Shown: positions 20,618-31,128 of the stretch, in pieces
Position numbering within the stretch: position 1 is the first letter of the stretch
Layout of the letters: every line of letters begins with the position of its first letter
Origin: an uncultured Chthonomonadaceae bacterium
Lineage (GTDB): Bacteria; Armatimonadota; Chthonomonadetes; Chthonomonadales; Chthonomonadaceae
Reading direction: 5' to 3'
Assembly (NCBI GenBank): GCA_963835065.1
Contig: CAWIEK010000049.1
Span: 704,001-768,000 of the forward strand
DNA length: 64,000 bases
Notes under the pieces: generated by a model
What the model was told of the DNA's origin: nothing
The model's database searches: none
The model's input: only the letters and a program-made list of their open reading frames with translations
Program-made: the position numbers and the translations under genes

Positions 20618-20731
20618 ATTTCAGGTGTCCCTTCCATGACCACCTGCCTAACTAGTATACTCTTTTTTCGGCGTTCCTTGAAAAGCAAAGCCTTCTCAGT
20701 TCAGGACCGGCGCATATAAACGAGAAAAGAA

Positions 20732-20980
20732 AAAGGATATGTAGAGACAGCGTCGAAATCTTGGCAATGCAGCGCTTCCAGCCCGGTGTCTCGTTGTGTC
20801 AAGTTGTGAATAGAGAGGCGTCGTGGCCTCGTGAGCGTCAGGGCGAACGGGGAGAGTATACAGGCATCTTCTTGCACCTCCCTTCCGGGTTAGTTGAGAG
20901 TTGAGAGTTGAGAGGAACTATGAACTCTCAGCATCCCGCCACCTGGCTAGTTCGCAGCCTAATTAGTAGACTTGATGTAT
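20732..20980 (-). ncRNA. Candidate small RNA / micro-ORF transcript, copy 1 (micro-ORF 20867-20838, MPVYSPRSP)
   Basis: 20732-20886 is closely similar to 30905-31055, including 52 identical bp. Conserved SD GGAAGGGAGG, ATG and TGA, hairpins, 3' U-rich end and upstream ECF-like promoter. Confidence 0.55.
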
Positions 20981-20984
20981 AGTT

Positions 20985-21013
20985 TTAGACGATGATGGAG
21001 GCAGAGAAGGTTC
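20985..21013 (-). promoter_or_regulatory. Putative ECF-sigma promoter GAAC-N18-CGTCTAA
   Basis: Both boxes are conserved in the second copy (31129-31156) while the spacer has diverged. Confidence 0.6.
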
Positions 21014-21222
21014 GTTATTTCTGCTGTTTAATCCGATATTTTTCTACTTTTTTGTGTTCTTTTTGGCTTGGGCAACCTGGAGGAGGGACGCAGGCGCAAC
21101 AGTGGGGGCGAATGTACCTACGATGGGATACGTGTTGAGCATTTTAAATACGCCGGCCTTGCTCCTCAGTTCGAGACACCTTGTTCCGGGCGTTGAAAGC
21201 CCCTGTCGAACGGAAGAACGGA

Positions 21223-22556
21223 CTAATGCCTGTCATAGCGTCGCAGCAACGCTTTCATTGCGGGCGTTTTCGCCTTCTTCATGGCGTCAATAAGCGGTTG
21301 GTCTGGCAGTGTCTCCGTAATCCGGGTAGCCGATCATCCTGATTTTCGCTCCCCGTGACAGCAGCAGGCGAACAGTATGCAAATGATTATTCCTCAACAG
21401 CAAGCGTCAACGCCGTTTTACATTCCCTGTCGTAATGGTTTATATCCGCGCCGTAGTGCAGCAGGAGTTTGACGGTTTCTGCCTCGCCGGCAGAAGCCGC
21501 CGACAAAAGCGCCGTCCAATCGCCTTTCACCGGGTCATTTACTTTCGCGCCTTTTGCCAGCAGCAGTTTCAGAATGGGCAAACGCTTGCTTTCAGGAATT
21601 TCCGCTCCTTCGGCTTGTGTCAGCACCGAACCGCCATAGCCATTACGATTGACATCGGCTCCCGCCGCCACAAGCGTTTTCACCACATCCAGATGCCCGT
21701 TATAAGCCGCAAAGCACAGGGGCGTTCCCAATTTTGCTCCAGGTCTACCTTTGTACCATGCGCCAAGTAGCAGTTTGATGATGGCGTTGTCGCCGTTTCC
21801 CGCAGCCACCGTCATGACCGTAGCAAGTGAGGCTTCATAGATAAAATTGGTTCTGGCATGATGTTCCAACAGCAGGGTTGCTATCGCAACATTTCGGTTT
21901 TGAACGGCATGTACTATGGGAGGAAGCTTGTCAGGATAGTTGCCTTCATCCCACTTTGCACCGCCATCCGCATTAGTTCCATTCTCCAGCAAGTAGTGAA
22001 CCAGTTCCATATTGTCCGCGTAGGCTGCCGCGCATAACAGGTGTTCTCTGTCTACCAGCGATTGCGCCGCGCCCCGCTTCAAAAACATCCACACTAAATC
22101 AGGATGCTTGTACGCGGCAACCACAACGACAAGCGGGCGCGGGTCTTCAATCGGATAATTCTCTTCAGGTTTGGCAAGCGCGTTGATGTCGCTCGCGCCC
22201 CGTTCCAGCAGGTCTTTGATAACGGTTGTATCATCTTTTTCCACTGCCAGTTGCAGCACGGAAGCGCCGTAATCTTGATTCGCTGTTTTCTGCGGACTGC
22301 GCCAATGATTCCAGAGCCGCCTTAACGCCTGCATCGGCGTGGTATCCGGGTAGAGAGGTTCGCGCGTATTTGGGTCCGCGCCCTCGCGCAGCAAAGCCAG
22401 AGCCTGCTTCGTGTTGCCGTGTCGAATAGCGTCACACAACGCGCTGCCCTGCCGCTGCCGATGCAGTTGCCACCCGACGCCAAGCAGCAATACCAATGCA
22501 AGCAATGCCGTGATAATCAGGAACGCGCGAAATTTCATAGTTTTTCTTTGGCTCAA
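21223..22556 (-). pseudogene. Ankyrin-repeat membrane-anchored protein, frameshifted near its 3' end
   Basis: Repeated TPLxxAAxxGH..LLxxGADVN units. ORF stops at 21387 but ankyrin sequence (NHLHTVRLLLSRGA) continues in another frame, and a third frame ends at TAG 21223. Confidence 0.75.
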
Positions 22557-22631
22557 AGCGTCAGAAGCGTATCCTGTCTGTTGCCGGGGATTTTCAATCC
22601 CCGGCCAGTAGTTGATTTGTACATTACGATG

Positions 22632-25600
22632 TTATTGCATGGCTTGTTCAATCGCTTCTTCCAGCGTCAGCGCGCGTCCCTGTTCCCACACTTGCGTAAA
22701 CTCTTCTTCTCCCAAAGCGGCGCGGGCGGCGAGCAGGCGGGGTGTTTCCGCGACATTTTCCGGCGGCATGGGCATCAGGAGGGATTCGCGCAGGGTTTGC
22801 GCGACGGCGAACAACAGCACGGCGCGACGCTCCTGCCCCTGTACCGCGAACATGGCGGCAACGGCATCCAGCGTGTAAAACAGGCCCGGCTTATCCCCCG
22901 ATTGGACGCTGATTGTCAGCCGTTCCTCAAAGCAGCGCCGCGCATAACTGTAATCCTGCTGCGCGGAAGCGGTTTTCCCCAGGCTGTACAGCACGGCGGA
23001 CAATAAATCCCGATACGACAATTCTCTGGCAAGCGTCAGGCTTTCTTCAAACAAAATGCGGGCCGCGTTGTAGTTGCGCAGTTCATGCTCTACGCAGCCC
23101 AATCGGTGCAGCGTTTTGGCGGTCAATTCGCGGTCATGCAGGCTGCGCGCAAGCGCCAGTTCTTCGGCGTACAGGCGGCGCGCGTCCGAAAAGTTTTTGC
23201 GGTAAAAAGCCCGGTGCGCCAGACCATGCAGCGCTCCGGCAATCAAACTCTTATCCCCAAGTTCCGTGCCGATTGCCAGCCCTTCCTCGAAGTGACGCTG
23301 CGCCGCTTCATGGTCACCTTCGTCACTGGCAACCACGCCCAAATAATTCAGCGTGACGGCAACCTGAGTCGCCCCCGCGTGTTCCCGATGGATGGCAAGC
23401 GCCTGCGCGAAATATACCCTTGCCTGCGCATAGTCGTGGCGGTTCCAGGCCATTTGTCCCAGGCTGTGCAGCGCATTAGCGCGTATCGCGGGATCATCGC
23501 GCTCGTTTCCCACGCTGAGACTCTCCTCAAAATAAGCCTGGGCAGTCGCATGGTCGCCCTGAAAGCAGGCCAACATTCCCACGCCGTTCAAAGCTTCCGC
23601 CCGCGTCGGCGTGTTTCCCAAAGGCCGGGTTCGTTCCAAAACGTTGGCGAGAATTTGCCGTCCCAAACTCAAATAGCCGCGCTTGTGCCAGAACCGCCAC
23701 AAGGCGGAAGCCATTTGCAGGCCGCGCTCTGCCGTTTCGGGCTGCGCCAAACTCCATTCCAGCGCTGCACGCAGGTTGTCATGCTCCCTTTCCAGCCAAT
23801 TCAGCCACCATGCCTGCTGCTTCCCCTGCAAGTTCGGATGGGCTTCCTCCGCCAGCCGCAAATAATAGTCCAGATGCCGTTCCCGCGCTTCCTGCGCCCC
23901 TGCCTCATTTTCAAGTTCCTGCCGGCTGTACTGCCGAACCGTTTCCAAAAGCCGATACCGCGCTTCCCCACCCTCCTGTTCATAAATCACCAGGGACCGA
24001 TCCACCAGGCGGGAGAGGCCATCTATTGTCAATTGACGATTGCCGATTGCCGATTGGGTTCCTCCTGTTCCCTGTTCCCTATTGCCTAATTCCTGTTCTT
24101 CTGTCTTCTCTTCTTCTCTTCTTCTCTTCTTCTCTTCTGTTCCCTGTTCCCTGTTCCCTGTTCCCTGCCAGGTCGCTTCCGCCGCTTCCAGCGTCCAGCC
24201 GCCGACGAAGAGAGATAAAATGTGCAGCATGGCGCGATCTTCACTTGAAAGCAGGTCGAAACTCCACTTCATCGCCGCTTCCAGCGTCCGTTGACGGGAC
24301 AAGGCGGTGCGAGGGCCGTTTGTCAGCAGTTGAAAGCGGTCATTGAGGCGGGCGGCGATCTGTTCTACCGGCAATGCTTTCACGCGGGCGGCGGCCAGTT
24401 CCAGAGCGAGGGGGATGCCGTCCAATTGCCGACAGATTTGGATGACGGCAGGCGCGTTTTGAGGGGTCAAAACAAAATCGGCTTGCGCCTGTGTCGCGCG
24501 CTCGACGAAGAGTTGAATGGCCGCGTAGGAATGGAGGAAGTCCGCGAGGGAAGCCCTGTCAATGGGTGTTAAATTCGCGTCCGGCAGCGTAAGGGAAGCG
24601 ACGCGCCACACGCTTTCGCCCTGCACATCCAGGGGCTGCCTGCTTGTCGCCAGAATACGCAGGGCGCGGCACTGTTGGAGCAAAGATTCGGCTAAATCCG
24701 CGCATGTTTCAATGAGATGTTCGCAGTTGTCGAGTATCAGCAGCAGCTGTTTGTCGTTCAGGAATTCCTGCAGGGTTTGCAGCAGTGGGCGATCTGGCGC
24801 TTCGCTTACGCCCAGCATTGCCGCCATCATTTGCGCGATTTGCGCTCCATCCGTCAGGGCCGACAAATCTACGAAACACGCGCCGTCCGAAAAGTTACCG
24901 CTCAGTTCCTCGGCCAGTTGTATTGCCAGCCGGGTTTTGCCAATGCCCCCCGCCCCGGCGAGCGTCAGCAAACGCGCCTGACTCAGCCGCGCTAGAATCG
25001 CTTCCATTTCCTTTTCACGCCCGATAAGGGCCGTCAGGGGAACAGGCAATCGGCGCAGGCGCGGAGAGTTTGGGAACTCCAATGCAGAGGTTTTCGTTGT
25101 TGCCGTATCTGATGAAGCAATTATCAATGCAGCGGTTTCTATTACGGCAGTATCTGGTGACGCAGGTGTTAAGGACGCTGGTTCCAAAGAAGCCGGTTCT
25201 GCTTCCGCTTCCCTTGTCCCGCTTGTTTCCACCGGAGTTTCGTTTTTTGTTTCCGATACTGGGCGCGGCTTATCACGCAATTTTGTCCGAAGCTGCTGAT
25301 ACAGGGTTGTGATTTCCTGTCCGGGAAGCGCGTTCCGCTCACGGTGCAGTTTGAGGCTGAATTCCTGATACGTTTGTAAAGCCGCGTACACATTGCCACT
25401 TTGCGCCAGGGCTTCCATCAGGCCGCGCAGCGCCGACTCGCGCAGGGGATCCACTTCCATGACACGCCGCAGGCAGCGTACCGCTGTTTCCCATTCGTTC
25501 GCCGCCATCGCCATCGCGCTTCGCGCCTGCAAAACCTGCAGATATTGCTGTTCCCGCGCTTCCCGTTCGGCTAACGCCCACGACTCGGTACACTCCTTCA

Positions 25601-26018
25601 GCAACGGCCCCGTATAACAGGCCAGCGCAAGTTCCAATGACGCGGCATCACTCCGCGCGCACAACGCATCCCATTCCGCAACGTCTACAGAAGCGTTTTC
25701 AATAGCAAGGCACAGGGAGTCCGGCGTGGGAGAATGAAGGCGAAAACTCTGCGTTCCCAATGCCTTGCGCAGATTGGTCAACCCGCGGCGCAGGTTGTAC
25801 GCCGCCTGATCTACCGCATGGTCAGGAAACGGCCATAGTTCCTGCGCCAGCCACGCCCGCTTGACTGGTTTCCCTCCCCGCAAGGCAAGCAAAGCCAGCA
25901 GCCACAACTCCTTACGCGAGCGCAGTTTGGGCAGGGACAAGCCATTCACCCGCGCGTCCATTGCGCCGAACAATTTTATTGTCAGGGGAGGAGTTTCGCC
26001 GTCGCTGTCGCGTTCCAT
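22632..26018 (-). CDS. AfsR/SARP-like regulator: wHTH + BTAD + NB-ARC-type ATPase + TPRs
   Basis: DPLRESALRGLM (BTAD), GAGGIGKTRLA, LLILDNCEH, LDGIPLALELAAAR, C-terminal TPRs. Confidence 0.9.
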   Translation of the reverse strand: MERDSDGETPPLTIKLFGAMDARVNGLSLPKLRSRKELWLLALLALRGGKPVKRAWLAQELWPFPDHAVDQAAYNLRRGLTNLRKALGTQSFRLHSPTPDSLCLAIENASVDVAEWDALCARSDAASLELALACYTGPLLKECTESWALAEREAREQQYLQVLQARSAMAMAANEWETAVRCLRRVMEVDPLRESALRGLMEALAQSGNVYAALQTYQEFSLKLHRERNALPGQEITTLYQQLRTKLRDKPRPVSETKNETPVETSGTREAEAEPASLEPASLTPASPDTAVIETAALIIASSDTATTKTSALEFPNSPRLRRLPVPLTALIGREKEMEAILARLSQARLLTLAGAGGIGKTRLAIQLAEELSGNFSDGACFVDLSALTDGAQIAQMMAAMLGVSEAPDRPLLQTLQEFLNDKQLLLILDNCEHLIETCADLAESLLQQCRALRILATSRQPLDVQGESVWRVASLTLPDANLTPIDRASLADFLHSYAAIQLFVERATQAQADFVLTPQNAPAVIQICRQLDGIPLALELAAARVKALPVEQIAARLNDRFQLLTNGPRTALSRQRTLEAAMKWSFDLLSSEDRAMLHILSLFVGGWTLEAAEATWQGTGNREQGTEEKKRRREEEKTEEQELGNREQGTGGTQSAIGNRQLTIDGLSRLVDRSLVIYEQEGGEARYRLLETVRQYSRQELENEAGAQEARERHLDYYLRLAEEAHPNLQGKQQAWWLNWLEREHDNLRAALEWSLAQPETAERGLQMASALWRFWHKRGYLSLGRQILANVLERTRPLGNTPTRAEALNGVGMLACFQGDHATAQAYFEESLSVGNERDDPAIRANALHSLGQMAWNRHDYAQARVYFAQALAIHREHAGATQVAVTLNYLGVVASDEGDHEAAQRHFEEGLAIGTELGDKSLIAGALHGLAHRAFYRKNFSDARRLYAEELALARSLHDRELTAKTLHRLGCVEHELRNYNAARILFEESLTLARELSYRDLLSAVLYSLGKTASAQQDYSYARRCFEERLTISVQSGDKPGLFYTLDAVAAMFAVQGQERRAVLLFAVAQTLRESLLMPMPPENVAETPRLLAARAALGEEEFTQVWEQGRALTLEEAIEQAMQ
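24024..24167. repeat. Composite in-frame repeat insert in the BTAD/ATPase regulator
   Basis: GGGAACA, AGAAGAAG and AATCGGC modules. Peptide [48 protein letters not shown] between LEAAEA and LSRLVDRSLV. Confidence 0.9.
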
Positions 26019-26260
26019 GCCTTCGTGCTGCCTGCGCTTTCTTTCCGCTACGAAACGTCATAGTCTTCCGTGTTCAGCGGCTCAGACGCCTTTTATGGTA
26101 TCAATTCTGATCCGGCTCCTTCCACAGCAGAGGGGCGGGAGTGGACGGGGCGGGCAGATGTGGGAAACCAGTGAAATCCGCAGCGGCAGGGAAGGCAGAG
26201 GAATATACATCTTCTGCTTCCGTTACCTGTTCTGTCTTCCAGGGAACAGGGGTGTCTTCT

Positions 26261-26773
26261 TCAGAGATGATAGTAGACCAAGCCGCACGAGGTGAGCGCG
26301 TACCCAATCAGGGCGCGTTCGCCCAATCCCGGCGACATTAAAAACAGAATAGGAACCGCAACCATGCTGCCGCTGAGGATGATAAGAAACGTGTTGAAGT
26401 TGTCAAAGGCCATCACGCCGAACCATCCCCACACCAGCAGGCAGACGAGTACAAACAGTTCCAAATGCAGACTGCTCGCAGGCGGCGTCATTCCCACTGC
26501 CAGCAGTCCAGGCACAAGCAAAAGCAGCAAAACCGAACGGACGATATAGCCTTTCGCAAACAACTTGCGAACCAGGATACCGATTACGCCGCATAGCGAC
26601 GCAATCAGCCCCCAGGCCATCGGGTTGCCTTCCGCCAATTCAAAACTGACGGCGCGATGCAGGCTATGCGCTCCCGCGATATGCAGCGTCATGGTCAGCG
26701 CCCCGGCAAGCAGCAATAACGTTCCCATCAATTTAGACTGCATCCCGCTATCCTGTACAAACTTGAGGGACAT
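26261..26773 (-). CDS. Hypothetical small membrane protein
   Basis: Several hydrophobic segments. Starts 6 bp after the binding-protein gene. Confidence 0.6.
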   Translation of the reverse strand: MSLKFVQDSGMQSKLMGTLLLLAGALTMTLHIAGAHSLHRAVSFELAEGNPMAWGLIASLCGVIGILVRKLFAKGYIVRSVLLLLLVPGLLAVGMTPPASSLHLELFVLVCLLVWGWFGVMAFDNFNTFLIILSGSMVAVPILFLMSPGLGERALIGYALTSCGLVYYHL

Positions 26774-26779
26774 GCCGTG

Positions 26780-27829
26780 TTAGGAACCCGGTTTGAGAAG
26801 TTTCTGCACGTCGGGCGTGTTGAGGTTGTCTTTGGTGACGACCATCACGCCGCTGTCTTGCAGCTTTTTGTCAATTGTTTCCTTCTTGATGGCTTTGAGG
26901 ACGGTTTCCACGCCCTGATAGCCCATCTGATACGGGTTTTGCACGATCAGCGCCTGAATGGTTCCCTCCTGCAAGCCCTTGATTTCATCTTCGGAACTGT
27001 CGAAGGCGACCAGTTTCACTTTGCCTTCCAATTTCTTCTGCTTCAGCACCTGCGCCGCGCCCTCGCCATTGGGCTGATTGGCCGCGAAAATGCCCGCAAG
27101 GTCTTTGTTGGCGGTCAGCATGTCGTTGGTGCGGTCTACCGCTTTGGTCGGGTCGCCGCCTTCCAGATTGGAAACCACGTGGATGTCGGGATACTTCTTC
27201 ATCGCTTCCAGAAAGCCGCTTTCCCGCTCATCGTTGGAAGCCGAACCTTTTTTGAAAATCAGAATCCCGACATTGCCCTTTTTGCCGATGGCTTCGGCCA
27301 GTTTGTCCGCCGCGAGCTGCCCGCCCTTGACGTTATCGGTAGCGATATAGCAGACGGAATCATCCTTGCCTTTCAGCAGCCCGGAGTCAACCGTCACCGT
27401 GGGAATGCCCGCTGTTTTCGCCGCCGTGACCGGCTGCGCGAGGGCTTCCGAGTCCACTGCCGCTAAGACGATGCCGTCTACCTTGTTGCTGATCTGCGTG
27501 GATACCACGTCTACCTGCTGCGTGACATCGTTCTCCGTTGCAGGACCCTGCCAAATAATTTCGACATTGCCCAGTTTCTTTGCCGCATCGTCCGCGCCCG
27601 CCTTGACTCCAAGCCAAAACGAATTCGCCGTGCCTTTGGGAATCACGGCAATCCGCAAACTCTTGCCCTCACCCCCACTCCCGCCCATATTTCCCCCGGC
27701 TGTCGAATGCGTGGAAGTTCCTCCCGAGGCTGCGCCCCCGCTGCCACTATTCTCCTTCGGACACCCCCACAGCATCACGCCGCACAACCCACTCAACGCC
27801 AACACGCCCATTTTTTGCACTGCTCGCAT
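26780..27829 (-). CDS. Sugar ABC transporter substrate-binding lipoprotein (RbsB-like)
   Basis: LWGC lipobox, IAVIPKGTANSFW, IATDNVKGG, VAFDSS, IVQNPYQMGY. Confidence 0.9.
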   Translation of the reverse strand: MRAVQKMGVLALSGLCGVMLWGCPKENSGSGGAASGGTSTHSTAGGNMGGSGGEGKSLRIAVIPKGTANSFWLGVKAGADDAAKKLGNVEIIWQGPATENDVTQQVDVVSTQISNKVDGIVLAAVDSEALAQPVTAAKTAGIPTVTVDSGLLKGKDDSVCYIATDNVKGGQLAADKLAEAIGKKGNVGILIFKKGSASNDERESGFLEAMKKYPDIHVVSNLEGGDPTKAVDRTNDMLTANKDLAGIFAANQPNGEGAAQVLKQKKLEGKVKLVAFDSSEDEIKGLQEGTIQALIVQNPYQMGYQGVETVLKAIKKETIDKKLQDSGVMVVTKDNLNTPDVQKLLKPGS

Positions 27830-27844
27830 GGTTTCTCCTTGGAA

Positions 27845-27957
27845 AGTAGTCAGTAGTCAGTAGTCAGTAGTCAGTATCTGTCCTACTCATTCCCTTTGCC
27901 AACGCACAAGGCTTTGAGTAGATAAGCATTTCTACTGACTACTCCCTACTGCCTACC
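27845..27957. repeat. Inverted pair of (GTAGTCA)n / degenerate (TGACTAC)n arms
   Basis: Read directly. The right arm runs into the permease stop codon. Confidence 0.8.
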
Positions 27958-28990
27958 CCCTACTCCCCCGTTTTCTCCCCGGCCCGAACCGGTCGTACAG
28001 CACGGCCAGAATTACGATGGCGCCGACGATAGCGCGCTGTAAATCCGGGCTGACATTGTTCAGGGCGCAGCCGTTGCGGATGGTGAACATCAGCAGCGCG
28101 CCAATGATGGTTCCCGGTATGCCGCCCTGCCCGCCAAACAGGGAGGTGCCGCCGATAACAGTGGCGGCAATGGCATACAATTCATAACTGTTGCCCGCAT
28201 CATACGGAGCGCTGCCGGTGCGCGAAATGCTGACGACAGCAGCGATCCCCGCGAGCAGGCCCGACAAAGCGAAAACCGAAATCACGGCTTTGTTCAGCGA
28301 AATGCCGGACAGCCGCGTCGCTTCCCGATTGCCGCCCAGCGCGTACATCGTCCGGCCCCAGCGCGTTCGCGTCAGCAGAATGCTCATCGCTACGGCGACA
28401 CTCACCATAATCAGCACGGCATAAGGAATACCGTCTCTGGCCGGACCACCGAACAATTCGCCATTCCCGAACGTCTCAAACCCCCGCGCAAGCCCGCCGA
28501 TGTTTTTCGATCCCGACAGCAGGCCGCTTGCGCCGTATACCACGCCCATCATGCCCAATGTCACAATGAAGGACGGGATTTTGCCGAACGCAGTAATCAG
28601 ACCGGTCAGCGTTCCTGCCGCCAGGCCGGATACAATCGCCAGCAGCACGGCGGGCCACACGCCCACGCCATGATGCGCCATCGCTTCCGCGGCGGCAACA
28701 CCGGCAAACGCCATCACCGCGCCTACCGACAGGTCTATATTGCCGGAAATAATCACTGCCGTCTGCCCACACGCCAATATCGCAATTACAGCGGACTGAA
28801 CGGCGATATTCTTGAGATTGCCGCGTTCCGCGAAATGCGGGACGCGCAACGCCAGCACAATCCCAAGTAACAGCAGAAACGAGAGCGGAGCCAGCGTGCT
28901 GGACAAGCGCTGCACCCACGTCGCCTGCGCCGGAGATGGCGACAGGGGAGACAATTGCGGATCACTTTGCGGAAGGGACGCCGTCCCCAT
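27953..28990 (-). CDS. Sugar ABC transporter permease (RbsC-like)
   Basis: IISGNIDLSVG, IPSFIVTLG, GRTMYALGGNREATRLSGI, YELYAIAATVIGGTSLFGG. Confidence 0.92.
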   Translation of the reverse strand: MGTASLPQSDPQLSPLSPSPAQATWVQRLSSTLAPLSFLLLLGIVLALRVPHFAERGNLKNIAVQSAVIAILACGQTAVIISGNIDLSVGAVMAFAGVAAAEAMAHHGVGVWPAVLLAIVSGLAAGTLTGLITAFGKIPSFIVTLGMMGVVYGASGLLSGSKNIGGLARGFETFGNGELFGGPARDGIPYAVLIMVSVAVAMSILLTRTRWGRTMYALGGNREATRLSGISLNKAVISVFALSGLLAGIAAVVSISRTGSAPYDAGNSYELYAIAATVIGGTSLFGGQGGIPGTIIGALLMFTIRNGCALNNVSPDLQRAIVGAIVILAVLYDRFGPGRKRGSRG

Positions 28991-29118
28991 AACTCGTGCC
29001 CTTTCCTCTAACAGCAGCCACTCTGCTGACTATGTTTCTGCTTTTCAACAGCAGCGTGTTCACCTGCCTTGCTGCGCAGGCCGTTCGATGCGCCAACAAA
29101 GCAAAATTTGCGCTGCCT

Positions 29119-29163
29119 TGAAAACGTAAACACAATCATAGCAGACTGAACGCGGCCTGTCAA
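29119..29163 (-). promoter_or_regulatory. Sigma70 promoter TTGACA-N17-TATGAT with adjacent LacI-family-like operator
   Basis: Minus strand ttgacaggccgcgttcagtctgctatgat (29163-29135). tgaaaacgtaaaca at 29119-29132 resembles TGWAANCGNTNWCA. Confidence 0.65.
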
Positions 29164-29491
29164 TTCGTTTTTTGATTCCGTCCCTGTACTCAGAACGCGG
29201 GAGACATGCAAACTTATATTTTTCGCTTCGCGCCAACTGAACATTTCGCTTTTCACTGCGTCCATAAGCGCAGGAACCCCATGCGTCCTGCATACTTTGG
29301 ATACTTTCCTTGCGAAAACCTGAACATTTGCGTACGCTCGGCTATTTTAGCAGGATTTTATCATGTCATGCTCTAATGATTAGATTAGTGGTATTCTTAA
29401 CATGAGAATTTTTAATTTTTCTGACGAAGAGTTCATTTGCTGACATCAATGCTATTGAAGATTTGAGACATGTTCGCGAACCCGGATACAC

Positions 29492-30889
29492 ATGCGCCAT
29501 TCTTTGCCACCAACCGTATCTATCTACTTGGACACGCTGCGGCGTCCACGTCTTTTGTTTGCTTCCATTTTGGACGGCTCTGCGCTGGCTTCGGCCTTGA
29601 TGTGGGTTGTCATGCTGGGCATTCTGGCGGGCGTTACAGGCGTTTACGCCGCCCTGCAAGGCAAAACCGGCTTGGGGCAGGACTGGTGGCGCGATTTCCC
29701 CATGAAGCGCGCCGTGTTTTTCTCCGTTTGGTTCTGCCTGACCGATGTGCTGTGGGCAACCTTGCTCACCTGGGCGCTGGCGCGACTGGCGCGTGAAACC
29801 CTGCGCTTCGACTCCCTGCTCACCGTCCTTTGCCTTGCTTCCGCGCCGTGCCTGCTCACCACGCTAACGTTTCCAATGCGCGATTTGAGTTGGACGGCCC
29901 TGCATGTATGGCAGGGGCTGAATATCTTCGTCATTGTGTGGGTATCTATTCTCATTTGTATGGGCGTTCAGGCTTGCCTGAATACTTCGCTCGGCAAAGC
30001 CGCGCAGTGCAGTCTTCCCGCCCTGCTGATTCTATGGGCCATCGGTGTCAGGGCGCATAAAGCCCCGCCCACAAATTTTCGCGCGGCCTGTCGGTGGGAG
30101 CAATGGGAAGGCAGGCATGTTCGCCTGTTCATGCTGCCGGGAAAAAGCCCGAAAGAAGTTTCTTTGCTGGCGCAGGGACTGGACGAGCTGACCGAAAAAG
30201 ACGACGCCGCGCTTGGAGAATCGTCCCTGCCTTTCAAAATAGACTTTTTCTGCTTTGACGACGATTTGCAGCAGCGGCATTTCGCCGGCTCTGCGGAAGA
30301 ACCCACCGACACCGCCCATACCTTCTTCGACTGCGTGACTTTTTCCTACGACACCTGGGAGAACCTTCGCCCGCAAATGGCGCATGAGATTTGCCATGTG
30401 ATTCTGGCGAACCGCCTGACCGACAAGGTGCATGGCCTGCTGGATGAAGGATTGTGCGAGTATGTCGCGCATACGGTAACAGCAGACCCTGACGCGCTTT
30501 CCCCCACGCCCGCCACAGCCCTGCCCCTGCGCGTCCTTGCCCGCCCGGAAGTGTTTTTCGACTGGGATTTATTGCACGAAAAAGGCGTGGAGGACGAAGA
30601 AGCCGATTGGAAGCACTACCGCGCCGCCGAATCGCTGACCGCCTATCTGATTAAACGCTCCGGCATGGCAAAGTTCAAAAATCTGTATTGCCGCTACGCC
30701 CTGCATGGCCGCGACAATGACCCGGACAATGACGAGGGCAAGCAGCTTGCCCATGCGGTTCAGGATGTCTATGGGATTTCGCTTGCCGAACTGGAACATC
30801 AATGGCGCGCGGACGCGGTTTCTGCAATCCTTCCTGACCCGCTGCCTGCGCCGTCCGATTTGCAGCCATCTCATTCTTCGGGTTCGTAA
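29492..30889 (+). CDS. Membrane protein: YIP1-like TM domain fused to a gluzincin-like (peptidase MA) domain
   Basis: About five TM segments, then AHEICH...LDEGLCEY. Confidence 0.6.
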   Translation: MRHSLPPTVSIYLDTLRRPRLLFASILDGSALASALMWVVMLGILAGVTGVYAALQGKTGLGQDWWRDFPMKRAVFFSVWFCLTDVLWATLLTWALARLARETLRFDSLLTVLCLASAPCLLTTLTFPMRDLSWTALHVWQGLNIFVIVWVSILICMGVQACLNTSLGKAAQCSLPALLILWAIGVRAHKAPPTNFRAACRWEQWEGRHVRLFMLPGKSPKEVSLLAQGLDELTEKDDAALGESSLPFKIDFFCFDDDLQQRHFAGSAEEPTDTAHTFFDCVTFSYDTWENLRPQMAHEICHVILANRLTDKVHGLLDEGLCEYVAHTVTADPDALSPTPATALPLRVLARPEVFFDWDLLHEKGVEDEEADWKHYRAAESLTAYLIKRSGMAKFKNLYCRYALHGRDNDPDNDEGKQLAHAVQDVYGISLAELEHQWRADAVSAILPDPLPAPSDLQPSHSSGS

Positions 30890-30904
30890 ATCAATAATAT
30901 CCCG

Positions 30905-31125
30905 AAAGGATATGTAGAGGCATCGTCGAAATCTTGGCAATGCAGCGCTTCCAGCCCGGTGTCTCGTTGTGTCAAATTGTAGGAGAGAGGCGTCGTGACC
31001 TCAGCAGCGTCAAGGCGGATGGCAGTGTTCAGGCATCTTCTTGCGCCTCCCTTCCTGAGTAAGTAGTTGATAGTTGATACGAACTCGAACGTTCAACTTT
31101 CTTGTCTAAATAGTAGACACTTGTA
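30905..31125 (-). ncRNA. Candidate small RNA / micro-ORF transcript, copy 2 (micro-ORF 31036-31010, MPEHCHPP)
   Basis: Paralogue of 20732-20980. Convergent with the upstream + strand gene, so it is not a leader of any CDS. Confidence 0.55.
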
Positions 31126-31128
31126 CTT

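Noticed and set aside
20760..20867. Selenocysteine read-through of the micro-ORF TGA into a longer peptide
   Set aside because: After the stop the two copies differ by a 1-nt indel and further TGAs occur, so no longer frame is conserved.
20732..20900. Duplicated element as SRP RNA, tRNA, tmRNA or retron msr-msd
   Set aside because: CCGGAAGGGAG only superficially resembles the SRP loop and lacks the CAGG/AGCAG context. No cloverleaf and no linked reverse transcriptase.
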